Assembly (NCBI GenBank): GCA_044222065.1
Contig: JBGAOA010000059.1
Coordinates: 1 to 26,716, forward strand
DNA length: 26,716 bases
From: Candidatus Eiseniibacteriota bacterium
GTDB taxonomy: Bacteria > Eisenbacteria > RBG-16-71-46
Direction of reading: 5' to 3'
Position numbers and translations under genes: made by a program. The notes under the pieces are model-generated. The model saw nothing but the letters and a program-made list of their open reading frames with translations, did no database searches and was not told the DNA's origin. This document shows positions 6,002-14,600 of this stretch, in pieces; position 1 is the first letter of the stretch; each line of letters begins with the position of its first letter.

Positions 6002-8785
6002 TCAGTCGGTCAGCTCCGGTTCGCGCGCGAGCCGCACGCCACGCTCGTCGCGGATCAGTCCGCTCTCCTCGAGGTCGGGTCGCGCGTCGGCCACGAGTGC
6101 CGAAGGCGCCGTGCCGTCGGCCGCGTGCGGGTGCGCGTCGGCGGGATCGAACGTCACGACCTGGTGCCAGGTCCGCGCGGGATCGTCCGCGAACAGCAGC
6201 AGCAGGTCTCCGGCGCGCGCCGCGCGCAGGGCGAGGTCCACGGCTGCGCGCTCCTCGGGAACGATTTCGATCTGCTGCGCGGGCACGCCTTCTTCGAGCA
6301 GCGCCGAACGCAGCATGCGCGGGACCTCGTCGTGCTTGCGGCCCCTCAGCACGTCGTCGCGCCGGCAGATGTAGTGGTCGAAGTGCCCCGCGGCCGTGCG
6401 GCCGATCTCGGCGATGTCCTCGTCGCGGCGGTCGCCCGGCGCCGCGAGCACGCAGACGCGCTTCCCCCGGACCTCGAGCCGGTCCGCGAGCTGGCACATG
6501 GACGCGACCGCCGCCGCGTTGTGCCCGTAGTCCATGATCACCTTGAAGGGATGACGGTCGTAGACGTTCGTCCGGCCCGGCGCCTGGTCGAACGTCGTGT
6601 CGAACGTCCGAAGCCCCTGGCGGATGTCCTCGACCTTCACGCCCATCGCGTACGCGATCGCGGCGGCGAACATGGCGTTCTGGACGTTGTGGACCGCGCG
6701 GCCCTCGAGCGTGGCCGGGATCGCGTGCGTCCAGACGACCGGCAGGTGCAGGCCGCGGTCGAACAGCGTGATCATGAGACCGTTCACGCCCTCTTCGAGC
6801 CCGCACGCGCGGCCGCCCGCCCGGATGTGCTCCTTCACGAGCGGGTACTGCGTCTGCTGCGTCACGTAGCAGAGGTGCTTCGCGTGCGTGTGGTCCGCCA
6901 TGCGCAAGCAGCGCGGATCGTCGGCGTTCAGCACCGCCGTGTCCTGCGCGACCTCGACGACGACGCGCTTCACCTCGGCAAGCTGGTCGAGCGTCTCGAC
7001 GCCCTTGAGCCCGAGGTGGTCGCTCTGGATGTTGAGCACGGCGCCGACCGTGTTCTTCCGGTAGGCGAGTCCGCGCCTCAGAATGCCGCCGCGCGCGGTC
7101 TCGAGCACCGCCACGTCCACGCTCGGATCGCGAAGCACCATGCGCGCCGCGATCGGTCCGGTCATGTCGCCGGGCACCGTGAGCTGGCCGTTGATGTACA
7201 CGCCGTCGGTCGTCGTCAGGCCGACGGTGCGTCCGGCGAGCTTCAGCACGTGTGCGACCATGCGCGCCGTCGTGGTCTTGCCGTTCGTGCCCGTGATGCT
7301 CGCGATCGGGACGCGCGTCGGCGTACCGGGCGGGAACAGCATGTCCATCACGGGCCCGGCCACGTCCCGCGGCGTGCCCTCGCTCGGAGCGACGTGCATG
7401 CGGAAGCCGGGCGCGGCGTTCACTTCGCAGATCGCTCCTCCCGCGTCCTTGTAGGACTCGGTGATGTCCGGCGAGATGAAGTCCACGCCGCCGACGTCGA
7501 GGCCGATCGCCCGGATCGCGCGGATCGCCATCTCGACGTTGTCGGGGTGGACGATGTCCGTGACGTCGATCGCGGTGCCGCCGGTCGAGAGATTTCCCGT
7601 GAGCCGTAGCGGCACGACCGCATCGCGCTCCGGCACGGAGTCCGGCGTCAGCCCCTGGTCCGCGAGGCAGCGCTCCGCCTGAGCGTCCAGTTCGAGCCGC
7701 GTCAGAACCTTCTCGTGACCGATGCCGCGTCGCGGGTCCTGATTCGTCCGCTCGACGAGGTGGCGCACCGTGCTCGCGCCGTCGCCGATCACGCGCCCCG
7801 GCACGCGCTCGGCCGCGGCGATCAGCTGGCCGTTCACGACCAGCATGCGGTAGTCGCGACCGGTGACGAACGACTCCACGATCACCGCGCGGCTGTACTC
7901 ACGCGCGGATTCGAACGCCGTCCGCACCTGCGAGGTGCTGCGCAAATCGAGCGACACGCCGCGGCCGTGATTGCCGTCGTAGGGCTTGACCACGACCGGG
8001 AAGCCGAGCTTCTGGCCGGCGATCGCCGCCTCCTCCTCGGTCCACACGAGCCGCTGCTGCGGCACCGGGAGTCCGAGCATCGTGAGGATGCGGTTCGTCT
8101 CTTCCTTGTCGGAAGCGATCTCGACCGCGATGTGGCGGGTCTCGCTCGTGATCGTCGCCTGGATGCGCCGCTGGTACCGCCCGTGGCCGAACTGGACGAG
8201 GCTCTGGTTGTTGAGCCGGATCACCGGAATGTCGCGCGCCTCGGCGGTGTGCACGAGCGCGGCCGTGCTCGGCCCGAGCGCGCGCCGCTGCGTGAAGCGA
8301 ATGAACTCGTCGCGCGCCGATGCGAACTCGAAGCCCTCGGGGGGCGCGTTCTCGGGGCGAAGTTCGGCGGGAACGAGCGAGTGCAGCAGGTGCATCGCGA
8401 GGCGGCCCGCCTCGAGGCCGACCTCGGCTTCCTCGTACTCGTACACGACGTCGTAGACGCCGGGCGCGCCGGCCTCGCGGGTCTTGCCGAACGTGACCTT
8501 CGTGCCGGCTTCGCTCTGGAGTTCGATCGCCACGTGCTCCAGCACGTGGCCGAGCCACGTGCCGTCGTCTTCGGTGAGGCGCCGGACGAATCCGCCCGGC
8601 TCGCCGTAGGAGCACCCGTGCTCGCGCAGCCCGGGAAGTGCGCCGAGGAGCGCGTCGATGAAGCCGCCGCCGAGCTTGCGGCTCGGCCACGCCTCGAGCG
8701 GGCCGAGGTCGACCGTCAGCCGGATGACGGGGAAGTGGGCGTAAATGCTCGGTCCGAGGTAGACCGAGGAGTCGAGCAGCTTCAT
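6002..8785 (-). CDS. cphA: Cyanophycin synthetase CphA1 (927 aa)
   Basis: N domain (HGCS..GGF..RL...GTWLGHVLEHVAIELQ), LGPST, ATP-grasp domain (PVVVKPYDGNHGRGV, NLSTGGTAIDVTD, EVNAAPGFRMH) and Mur domain (ITGTNGKTTT, ETARGG, DHLG, DYGHN, GDRRD). Confidence 0.97.
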   Translation of the reverse strand: MKLLDSSVYLGPSIYAHFPVIRLTVDLGPLEAWPSRKLGGGFIDALLGALPGLREHGCSYGEPGGFVRRLTEDDGTWLGHVLEHVAIELQSEAGTKVTFGKTREAGAPGVYDVVYEYEEAEVGLEAGRLAMHLLHSLVPAELRPENAPPEGFEFASARDEFIRFTQRRALGPSTAALVHTAEARDIPVIRLNNQSLVQFGHGRYQRRIQATITSETRHIAVEIASDKEETNRILTMLGLPVPQQRLVWTEEEAAIAGQKLGFPVVVKPYDGNHGRGVSLDLRSTSQVRTAFESAREYSRAVIVESFVTGRDYRMLVVNGQLIAAAERVPGRVIGDGASTVRHLVERTNQDPRRGIGHEKVLTRLELDAQAERCLADQGLTPDSVPERDAVVPLRLTGNLSTGGTAIDVTDIVHPDNVEMAIRAIRAIGLDVGGVDFISPDITESYKDAGGAICEVNAAPGFRMHVAPSEGTPRDVAGPVMDMLFPPGTPTRVPIASITGTNGKTTTARMVAHVLKLAGRTVGLTTTDGVYINGQLTVPGDMTGPIAARMVLRDPSVDVAVLETARGGILRRGLAYRKNTVGAVLNIQSDHLGLKGVETLDQLAEVKRVVVEVAQDTAVLNADDPRCLRMADHTHAKHLCYVTQQTQYPLVKEHIRAGGRACGLEEGVNGLMITLFDRGLHLPVVWTHAIPATLEGRAVHNVQNAMFAAAIAYAMGVKVEDIRQGLRTFDTTFDQAPGRTNVYDRHPFKVIMDYGHNAAAVASMCQLADRLEVRGKRVCVLAAPGDRRDEDIAEIGRTAAGHFDHYICRRDDVLRGRKHDEVPRMLRSALLEEGVPAQQIEIVPEERAAVDLALRAARAGDLLLLFADDPARTWHQVVTFDPADAHPHAADGTAPSALVADARPDLEESGLIRDERGVRLAREPELTD

Positions 8786-8848
8786 GGCGAGCCCCGTGTC
8801 GCTGCGCGATCCCTGCGCAAGCCCAGGTGAGGAATCGGAACGTGCGAG

Positions 8849-8877
8849 AGCCTAACAGGCCCGTTCGCGAGCGTCAG
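8849..8877 (-). promoter_or_regulatory. Putative internal sigma-70 promoter for cphA
   Basis: Minus strand CTGACG-N17-TAGGCT with an extended -10 TGn, in the 141-bp cphB-cphA gap. Confidence 0.45.
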
Positions 8878-8926
8878 TTCCAAACTCCCAACCCGGACGG
8901 CGCGGCGGCGCCGGCGCCCGGGCGAG

Positions 8927-9766
8927 CTACTCGTCGCTCTCCGCGCGCACCGCGGTCGCGCGGCGCAGATGCAGGTTGTAGCGCGCGCCCTGCAGCAGCA
9001 CGTGCAGCTTGATCCCGATGAGGCTCACGGGCTCACCCTGCTTGGCGTGGTCCATCGACGAGTACTCCATCTCGCCGGGATCCACGATCGTCACCGCACC
9101 GCTGCCCACGACCTCGAGCGTGTCGTCGGGTCCGATGAAGGCCGCCGTGTCCTCGTCGAGGCCGAGCCCGTGCGCGAACGGATTGTAGGCGAGCGCCGTG
9201 AGCAGTCGCCCCAGCCGGTCCCGCTGGCGGAAGTGCTGGTCCACGACGACGCGATTGGTCAGTCCGAGGCCCGGCGCGAGTGACACCATTCCCGCGCGCG
9301 GCGTCGAACCTTCCTCTCCGAACGCGATCATGTGCTCGGAGAGGAATGCGGCGCCGGCCGAAGTGCCCGCGACGTGGACCCCGTGCGCGTTCATGATCCG
9401 GAGCGCCTTCGCGACCGGCGTGCCGCCGAGCGTCGTGCCGAGTCGCAGCTGGCTGCCTCCCGTCAGGAACACGCCCGTGGCCTTCTCGAGCACGGACAGC
9501 TCCTCTCGATCCTCGCACTGCTTGCGCGACTCGAACGGGAGCACCCACACCTTGCCGGCGCGCAGATCGCGGAACAGCGCTTCGTAGCGCCGTCCCGTGT
9601 CGCGCAATTCCGACGCCGTCGGCAGCACGGCGATGCGCGCTTCGCGGCGACCGGCCAATTGGACGAAGCGCTTGAGAATCGCCTCGTCGCCGATCTTGTC
9701 CTCGGCGCCGCCGATCGGAATGATGAAACCGCGTTCTTGCCCCTCGGGCACGCGGGATGGGCTCAC
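8927..9766 (-). CDS. cphB: Cyanophycinase CphB (peptidase S51), cytoplasmic
   Basis: IIPIGGAED, FLTGGSQ, GTSAGA (catalytic Ser), DQHFRQRDRLGRL (catalytic His plus the cyanophycin-binding D-Q-H..R.R..R pattern) and GLDEDT (Glu). GTG start with SD GAGGAGG, no signal peptide, adjacent to cphA. Confidence 0.96.
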   Translation of the reverse strand: MSPSRVPEGQERGFIIPIGGAEDKIGDEAILKRFVQLAGRREARIAVLPTASELRDTGRRYEALFRDLRAGKVWVLPFESRKQCEDREELSVLEKATGVFLTGGSQLRLGTTLGGTPVAKALRIMNAHGVHVAGTSAGAAFLSEHMIAFGEEGSTPRAGMVSLAPGLGLTNRVVVDQHFRQRDRLGRLLTALAYNPFAHGLGLDEDTAAFIGPDDTLEVVGSGAVTIVDPGEMEYSSMDHAKQGEPVSLIGIKLHVLLQGARYNLHLRRATAVRAESDE

Positions 9767-9854
9767 GGGAAAACCTCCTCGAAGCGGTTATCGGTCGGCT
9801 CGGCGAGCCGGTCGAGCCCTCCGTTCGAGCGCGCGCATCGCGGCGGGCCGAGGG

Positions 9855-9883
9855 AAGCTAGCAACCCATCCGGCGAGCCTCAA
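9855..9883 (-). promoter_or_regulatory. Putative sigma-70 promoter for the cphB-cphA operon
   Basis: Minus strand TTGAGG-N17-TAGCTT with an extended -10 TGn, about 90 bp upstream of the cphB start. Confidence 0.55.
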
Positions 9884-9950
9884 GGCGGCGCCGTGCGGCC
9901 GCCGCAACGTCGGGGCCTGCCGCGCGCGTCCCGGCACGCCACGCGTGCGC

Positions 9951-9956
9951 TAGAGT
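9951..9956 (+). promoter_or_regulatory. Putative -10 element of a leaderless GNAT transcript
   Basis: TAGAGT ends 6 nt before GTG 9963 and there is no SD-like sequence before the start. Confidence 0.4.
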
Positions 9957-9962
9957 GCGCGC

Positions 9963-10481
9963 GTGACCGACTCACGGAACGCACCGACGATCCGTCCGGC
10001 GACGCCGGACGACCGCGACGCGCTCGGACGGATGGGCGCTGCGCTTCTGCACCAGCACCACGATTCCGATCCCGCCCGCTTCCTGCACGTCGAGAGCCCC
10101 GAGGCCGGCTACGGACGCTTCCTCGTCGCCCAGATCACCGACCCGCGCCGCGTCGTGCTCGTCGCCGAGGTCTCGGGCGACGTCGTCGGGTACGTCTTCG
10201 GCGAGATCGCCGACACCGACTGGATGCAGCTGCGCGGTCCGTGCGGCATCGTGCAGGACGTGTTCGTCGAGCCGCGTGCGCGCGGCCTCGGCGCGGGCCG
10301 CGCGCTCCTGGAAGCGGCGATCGCGTGGATGCACGCGCGCGGCCGCGACCAGGTCGTGCTCATGACGAAGACGCGCAACGAGGCGGCGCAGCGGCTCTTC
10401 GCCTCGCTCGGATTCCGCCCGACGATGGTCGAGATGACGCGGGACGGCGCCGATCCCGTCGGCCGGGGAACTCCGGCGTAG
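9963..10481 (+). CDS. GNAT family N-acetyltransferase
   Basis: IRPATPDD start, VLVAEVSGDVVGY, acetyl-CoA motif A (VFVEPRARGLGAGRALL) and motif B (NEAAQRLFASLGF). Confidence 0.93.
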   Translation: MTDSRNAPTIRPATPDDRDALGRMGAALLHQHHDSDPARFLHVESPEAGYGRFLVAQITDPRRVVLVAEVSGDVVGYVFGEIADTDWMQLRGPCGIVQDVFVEPRARGLGAGRALLEAAIAWMHARGRDQVVLMTKTRNEAAQRLFASLGFRPTMVEMTRDGADPVGRGTPA

Positions 10482-10507
10482 CGCGATCCGAGCGAGGCGT
10501 GCGCCGC

Positions 10508-11776
10508 CTACGGCGCGAGTCGAACCGTCCGCCGGACGCGCTGCTCCGTACCCGCGGCGAGGCGCACGAAGTAGATGCCCGACGGCAGCCGCTCGCCGCG
10601 GTCGCTCGTGCCGTTCCACTCGACGGCGTGCGCGCCCGCGGCGCGCGACTCGCCGTCGACCAGCGTCCGCACGCGCCGCCCGCTCACGTCCAGCACTTCG
10701 AGCCGCACTTCGGCGGCGTGCGGCAGCGCGAAGCGCACGAGGGTGTTCGAGCGAAAGGGGCTCGGGATGGGCGAAGCCAGCGCGAGTCCGTCCGCGATCG
10801 CGAGCGGCTCGACGTCCGAGTTGCCGCCCGTGACAGTGAGTCGCGCGAGGCTGCTGGGTTCGATCGTGGGGCCGTCGGTCACGATACAGTCGTACACGCC
10901 GGTGTCCGCGACCGCGACGTTCGCGATCACGAGATGGTTCGTCGTCGCGCCGCTGATTCGCCCGCCGTCCGAGAGATTCACGTAGTTGCGTCGCCATCGG
11001 TACGTGAGCGCCTGCAGCCCCGGTGCATCCAGCGGGGTCGTGCCGCTCGCGCCGACGCTGAACGACGCCGTCGCGCCCGGCGCCACCGTCTGGCTCTGGG
11101 GATGCTGGCCGATCAGCGGATCGGGCACCTCGTAGAAGGCCACCTGAATGCTCGCCGCGTTCGGACTGCCGTTCTCCGTTTCGTCCTTGTAGTAGTTCTC
11201 GTAGTAGAGGAAGTAGAGGCCGGGAGCGAGACGCCCAGACTGCGTCGGCCCCGGCAGCAGCGCGAGGAGTTGGAGGTCCTGAGCCAGGCCACTCGCCAGG
11301 AACGCCGTCATACGCCTCGATGCGAAGTTCCCCTCACCGACGACGGGGTAGGCGATGTAGTTCTGCGTGCGCGGAACGTAGAACCACACGAACACGAGCG
11401 CCCCACCGCCGTTCTTCGCGCCCGGTCCATCGGCCGAGCCGAAGCCGCTCGATTGAATGCCGAACACCGAATCGCCGAAGCTGGTCGAGAGGTACATGTT
11501 CGCGAACGCGTGCGAATCGGTCGTGTCGTTGTCGGCGCTGCTGAACGGCATCCCGGCCCACGAGGCTGGGCCGGGGGGAGCGGACGACTGCTGGTCCACG
11601 ACGCTGCCCGCTTCGGACTTGGTCGTGACGCCCGCGAGGTTGCCGGACCATGGCGCGACCTCGACGCGGGCGCTTGCGAACTCGCCCACGGCGGCGATCG
11701 AGAGGAAGAGCACGGCGGCGCCGATTCCCAGCGCGATTCGAGCAGAGAGCGGCGAGGTCTGAGGACGAGCGAGCAT
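10508..11776 (-). CDS. Secreted protein with an immunoglobulin (I-set-like) domain and a C-terminal FlgD-Ig-like domain
   Basis: Hydrophobic N-terminal signal. Ig motifs HPQSQTVAPGATASFSV...LTYRWRRN...L.I.NV...DTGVYDCIVT. C-terminal PSPF..NT.VRFAL...LDVSGRRVRTL...WNGTSDRGERLPSGIYFVRL. Confidence 0.88.
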   Translation of the reverse strand: MLARPQTSPLSARIALGIGAAVLFLSIAAVGEFASARVEVAPWSGNLAGVTTKSEAGSVVDQQSSAPPGPASWAGMPFSSADNDTTDSHAFANMYLSTSFGDSVFGIQSSGFGSADGPGAKNGGGALVFVWFYVPRTQNYIAYPVVGEGNFASRRMTAFLASGLAQDLQLLALLPGPTQSGRLAPGLYFLYYENYYKDETENGSPNAASIQVAFYEVPDPLIGQHPQSQTVAPGATASFSVGASGTTPLDAPGLQALTYRWRRNYVNLSDGGRISGATTNHLVIANVAVADTGVYDCIVTDGPTIEPSSLARLTVTGGNSDVEPLAIADGLALASPIPSPFRSNTLVRFALPHAAEVRLEVLDVSGRRVRTLVDGESRAAGAHAVEWNGTSDRGERLPSGIYFVRLAAGTEQRVRRTVRLAP

Positions 11777-12019
11777 TCGGGCACTCCCGGGTGGGCGGTT
11801 CGGGCGCGGAGGAGGACGGTCGGTTCACGGTGAATGCTCCCCGCGGCCCGAAGTCACGACGACCCGGGCGATTGGGTTCCGCCGGGGCGTTCCCACCCGG
11901 CGGGAGAAGCCGGGCGGATCGCAGGGATCCCCAGGTCCCGCCCCCGGGGCGGCGGGGCGCCCCCGACGGCCCCTCGCCCCGATTTCTGCGAAATCGGCCC
12001 GGAGTTCCGGAAAAACTAC

Positions 12020-12040
12020 TTTGTTCGGCCTCCGAACATA
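12020..12040. promoter_or_regulatory. Palindromic operator-like site TTTGTTCGGCCTCCGAACATA
   Basis: Perfect TGTTCGG-N3-CCGAACA inverted repeat (12022-12038) in the AT-rich patch of a divergent intergenic region. Confidence 0.5.
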
Positions 12041-12136
12041 GGGTAGCCTCGTGCACGCAGAGGCGGTCGGGGAGGTCCCGAAGCGCAGCCCCGAGCCTCG
12101 CGAACGGGCTTTCATCATTCACAGGAGGGCAGTTCG

Positions 12137-12829
12137 ATGCTTCGTCGCTTTGCTACAGCCCTTGCGGTTCTCGCCTGCGCGGCGCTCGTTCAGCCCGCGC
12201 ACGCCGTCGACGTGACGGTCAATCCCGCCACGATCAACCTCGGCTTCATGAACGTCAGCAACCTGCCGGCGCCGGACGGCGACGGCGCCTACCAGTTCGG
12301 AAGCCCGTGGGGCTTCGCCGACCTCAACGCCAGCTACTCGGGCAGCAACCTCACGCTGAGCCCCAACACGATCGGCGATCCGAACGAGTACTGGTATCGC
12401 TGCGTCGGCTCGGCGACCCCGCCGAACTGCGGCGGTCCGGGCGCGCCCGGCAACAAGATCATGGAGGCGAACGGCTACGCCGAGATCAACGACGGCTCGC
12501 TCGCCGGGCAGACCGTGAGCTTCAGCGGAATCGTGATGTCGAACTCGCTCACGTCGGCGCACGTCGCGTACGCCTTCGTGAAGGACTTCGCAGCCGACTA
12601 CTCGTCGTTCAACGCGCAGGTGATCCCGGTGCCGGCATCGGGTTCGTTCGTCGTGTCGCTGAACACGGTGAACGATCCGTCTCGCCACGTGCAGTACGGC
12701 TTCCAGATGGTGGGCGTCAACGTGTGGGCGACGGACGTCGGGCCGTTCGGCTCGGTGACGATCGGTCCGTATCTGCCGACGCCGTCGAAGTCCGCGTCGT
12801 GGGGCCGGATCAAGACGCTCTATCGCTGA
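12137..12829 (+). CDS. Secreted protein of unknown function ending in the SWGRIKTLYR tail
   Basis: SD AGGAGG, signal peptide ending PAHA-V, strong GC3 codon bias, C-terminus PTPSKSASWGRIKTLYR*. Confidence 0.88.
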   Translation: MLRRFATALAVLACAALVQPAHAVDVTVNPATINLGFMNVSNLPAPDGDGAYQFGSPWGFADLNASYSGSNLTLSPNTIGDPNEYWYRCVGSATPPNCGGPGAPGNKIMEANGYAEINDGSLAGQTVSFSGIVMSNSLTSAHVAYAFVKDFAADYSSFNAQVIPVPASGSFVVSLNTVNDPSRHVQYGFQMVGVNVWATDVGPFGSVTIGPYLPTPSKSASWGRIKTLYR

Positions 12830-12839
12830 CGCTGCACGA

Positions 12840-12919
12840 CGCCGGGTTCGCCCGGCGAAACGACCGGGAGGTCATCTCCCGAGACTTGCGCGGCCGGGCC
12901 ACCCCATCGCCCGGCCGCG
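12840..12919. terminator. Three tandem GC stem-loops between convergent genes
   Basis: CGCCGGG-ttcg-CCCGGCG (12840-12857), CGGGAG-gtcat-CTCCCG (12865-12881) and CGCGGCCGGGC-N9-GCCCGGCCGCG (12889-12919). No U-tracts. Confidence 0.5.
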
Positions 12920-12979
12920 ATCGTTGGTGCGCGAGCGCCATCCCGACCCGGTGACCGCGATTCGATCCCGGACCGTGCG

Positions 12980-14476
12980 TCAGTCGCCCGCGTTCGCGAC
13001 CTTCGCGAGCCGCCGGATCGAAGGCGCCGCGCGCACGACCGCGGCTCTCAGTCGATCGGCGTCGGTGGCGCCGTAGTTGACGACGAGTCCGCGCCACGGG
13101 CGGCGAGCGCGGTGATAGCGCGACAGCGCCGCCGCCGAGAGCCCGGCGCGCCGCGCCTCGCGCGCGATCGCGACGTCGTCCACGCCGCCGTCGAGGTGCG
13201 CGAGAACGTGCAATCCCGTCGCCGCCGGGCCGAGCCGCACGCGATCGCCCCAGTGGGTGGCGATCGCCTCGAGCAGTGCGTCGCGATGACGCGCGTAGCG
13301 CAGGCGACTCTGGCGCAGGTGCGCGGCGAGCCTGCCCGTCGCGAGGAACTCGGCCAGCACCGCCTGGAGGAGCGCCGGCGGCGGCCCGCTCGCGATGCGC
13401 CGCGCGGCGACGAACGGCCCGACCCACGCCTCGGGCAGCACGACGTACGCGAGACGCAGCCCGAGAAGAAGCACCTTGTTCCAGGTGCCGAGGTAGAGAA
13501 CGCGCCCCTCGGGATCGAGCGACTGAAGCGCCGCGATCGGGCGGCCGTCGTAGCCGAACTCGCTGTCGTAGTCGTCCTCGAGGATCCACGCGTCGTTCCG
13601 TGACGCCCACCGGAGCAGTTCGAGCCGGCGTCCGAGCGCGAGCGGCACGCCGAGCGGGAACTGGTGCGAGGGCGTGACGTAGGCAAACATGCGCGCGCCC
13701 CGCGCGGCAGCGCACAGCGATCACGATGCCGTCGCGGTCCACCTTCACGGGCCGCAGTCTGCGCCGCGGCCGCGAAGGCCGCGTGGGCTCAAGTACCCCG
13801 GGTCCTCCACGACGACGCCGTCGCCGGGATCGAGCATCACGCGCGCGGCGAGGTCGAGCGCTTCCTGAGTGCTCGAGAGCACGAGCACCTGCTCGGCGCC
13901 GCAGTGGAGACCGCGCGAGAGCCCCGCGTGCGCGGCGATCTCGCGGCGCAGTTCGAGCGAGCCCTGCGCATCGCCGCTCACCATCCACGACTCGCCGCCA
14001 CGCCGCGCGCGGCGCGCGAGCAGGCGCGTCCATTCACGAACGGGGAAGCGCGCGAGATCGGTTGCGCTCGTCCCGACCGCGCCGTCCTGTCGCAGCTCGC
14101 TCGTTCCGAGCGCGTGCAGGCGCTGGCCCCGCGCCGAGGGTCGCGCGCGTGTCGCGCGCAGCGCCGCCGGACCCGGCGAAGGCGCGCGCTCGGCGACGGA
14201 CGCCGAGACGACCGTCCCGGCGCCGACGCGGCGCTCCAAGAAGCCCTCGGCGACGAGCTGGGCGAACGCGGTCTCGACCGTGTTGCGCGCGAGGCGCAGT
14301 TCTGCGGCGAGGGCGCGCGCGCTCGGCAGGCGTTCGCCCGGAGCGAGCCGGCCCGCGAGCACGTGCGCTCGCAGCTGGCGGTAGAGCCGGCGGTGGAGCG
14401 GACCCTCGTCCCCGGGCCGCGTGACCCAGCGCAGATCGCGGGCGAGCGCCTTCGGAACGGGAAGGGAGCGCTTCAT
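12980..14476 (-). pseudogene. MocR/GabR-family regulator (GntR wHTH plus PLP-dependent aminotransferase-like domain), disrupted by clustered frameshifts at about 13690-13790 (pseudogene or sequence error)
   Basis: The 5' ORF has LYRQLRAHVLAGRLAPGERLPSARALAAEL..ARNTV..A..QL.AEGFL and VVVEDPGY. A second frame carries RLRPVKVDRDG. The 3' ORF has YVTPSHQFPLG, WILEDDYDSEF and YLGTWNKVL..GLRLAY. Confidence 0.88.
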
Positions 14477-14494
14477 GCGCCGGACGCTACTTCA

Positions 14495-14554
14495 GAATGG
14501 CCCCATCGAGCGAGCACGAATGGCGCTTGTCGTGGGCCGCGGACGGGCTACCGT
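14495..14554 (+). promoter_or_regulatory. Putative MocR-type operator (GAATGGC direct repeats) next to a sigma-70-like promoter for the DinB operon
   Basis: GAATGGC at 14495-14501 and 14518-14524 (23-bp period), then TTGTCG-N16-TACCGT at 14527-14554. Confidence 0.5.
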
Positions 14555-14600
14555 CTCGGCGTTCCCGGACGAAGGTCCCGGCCCATCGAAGGAGACCCGC

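Noticed and set aside
8868..8883. Possible sigma-54 promoter (TGGAAC...TCGC) upstream of cphA
   Set aside because: The GG-to-GC spacing is one base off the strict -24/-12 geometry and TTGC is absent. A sigma-70-like reading fits better.
9963..10481. GNAT as a cyanophycin-modifying member of the cph locus
   Set aside because: It is only divergently adjacent, with generic GNAT motifs. Nothing in the sequence links it functionally without synteny data.
12040..12136. Known riboswitch (for example c-di-GMP) in the leader of the 12137 gene
   Set aside because: Hairpins are present but I see no conserved aptamer motifs. It is kept only as a generic structured leader.
12945..12975. TTCGATCCC resembling a tRNA T-loop after several hairpins
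   Set aside because: There is no T-stem pairing, cloverleaf, acceptor stem or CCA end.
14492..14506. Four-codon minus-strand uORF (MGPF*) in frame with the MocR gene
   Set aside because: It is too short, has no SD and is explainable by chance within the operator repeats.
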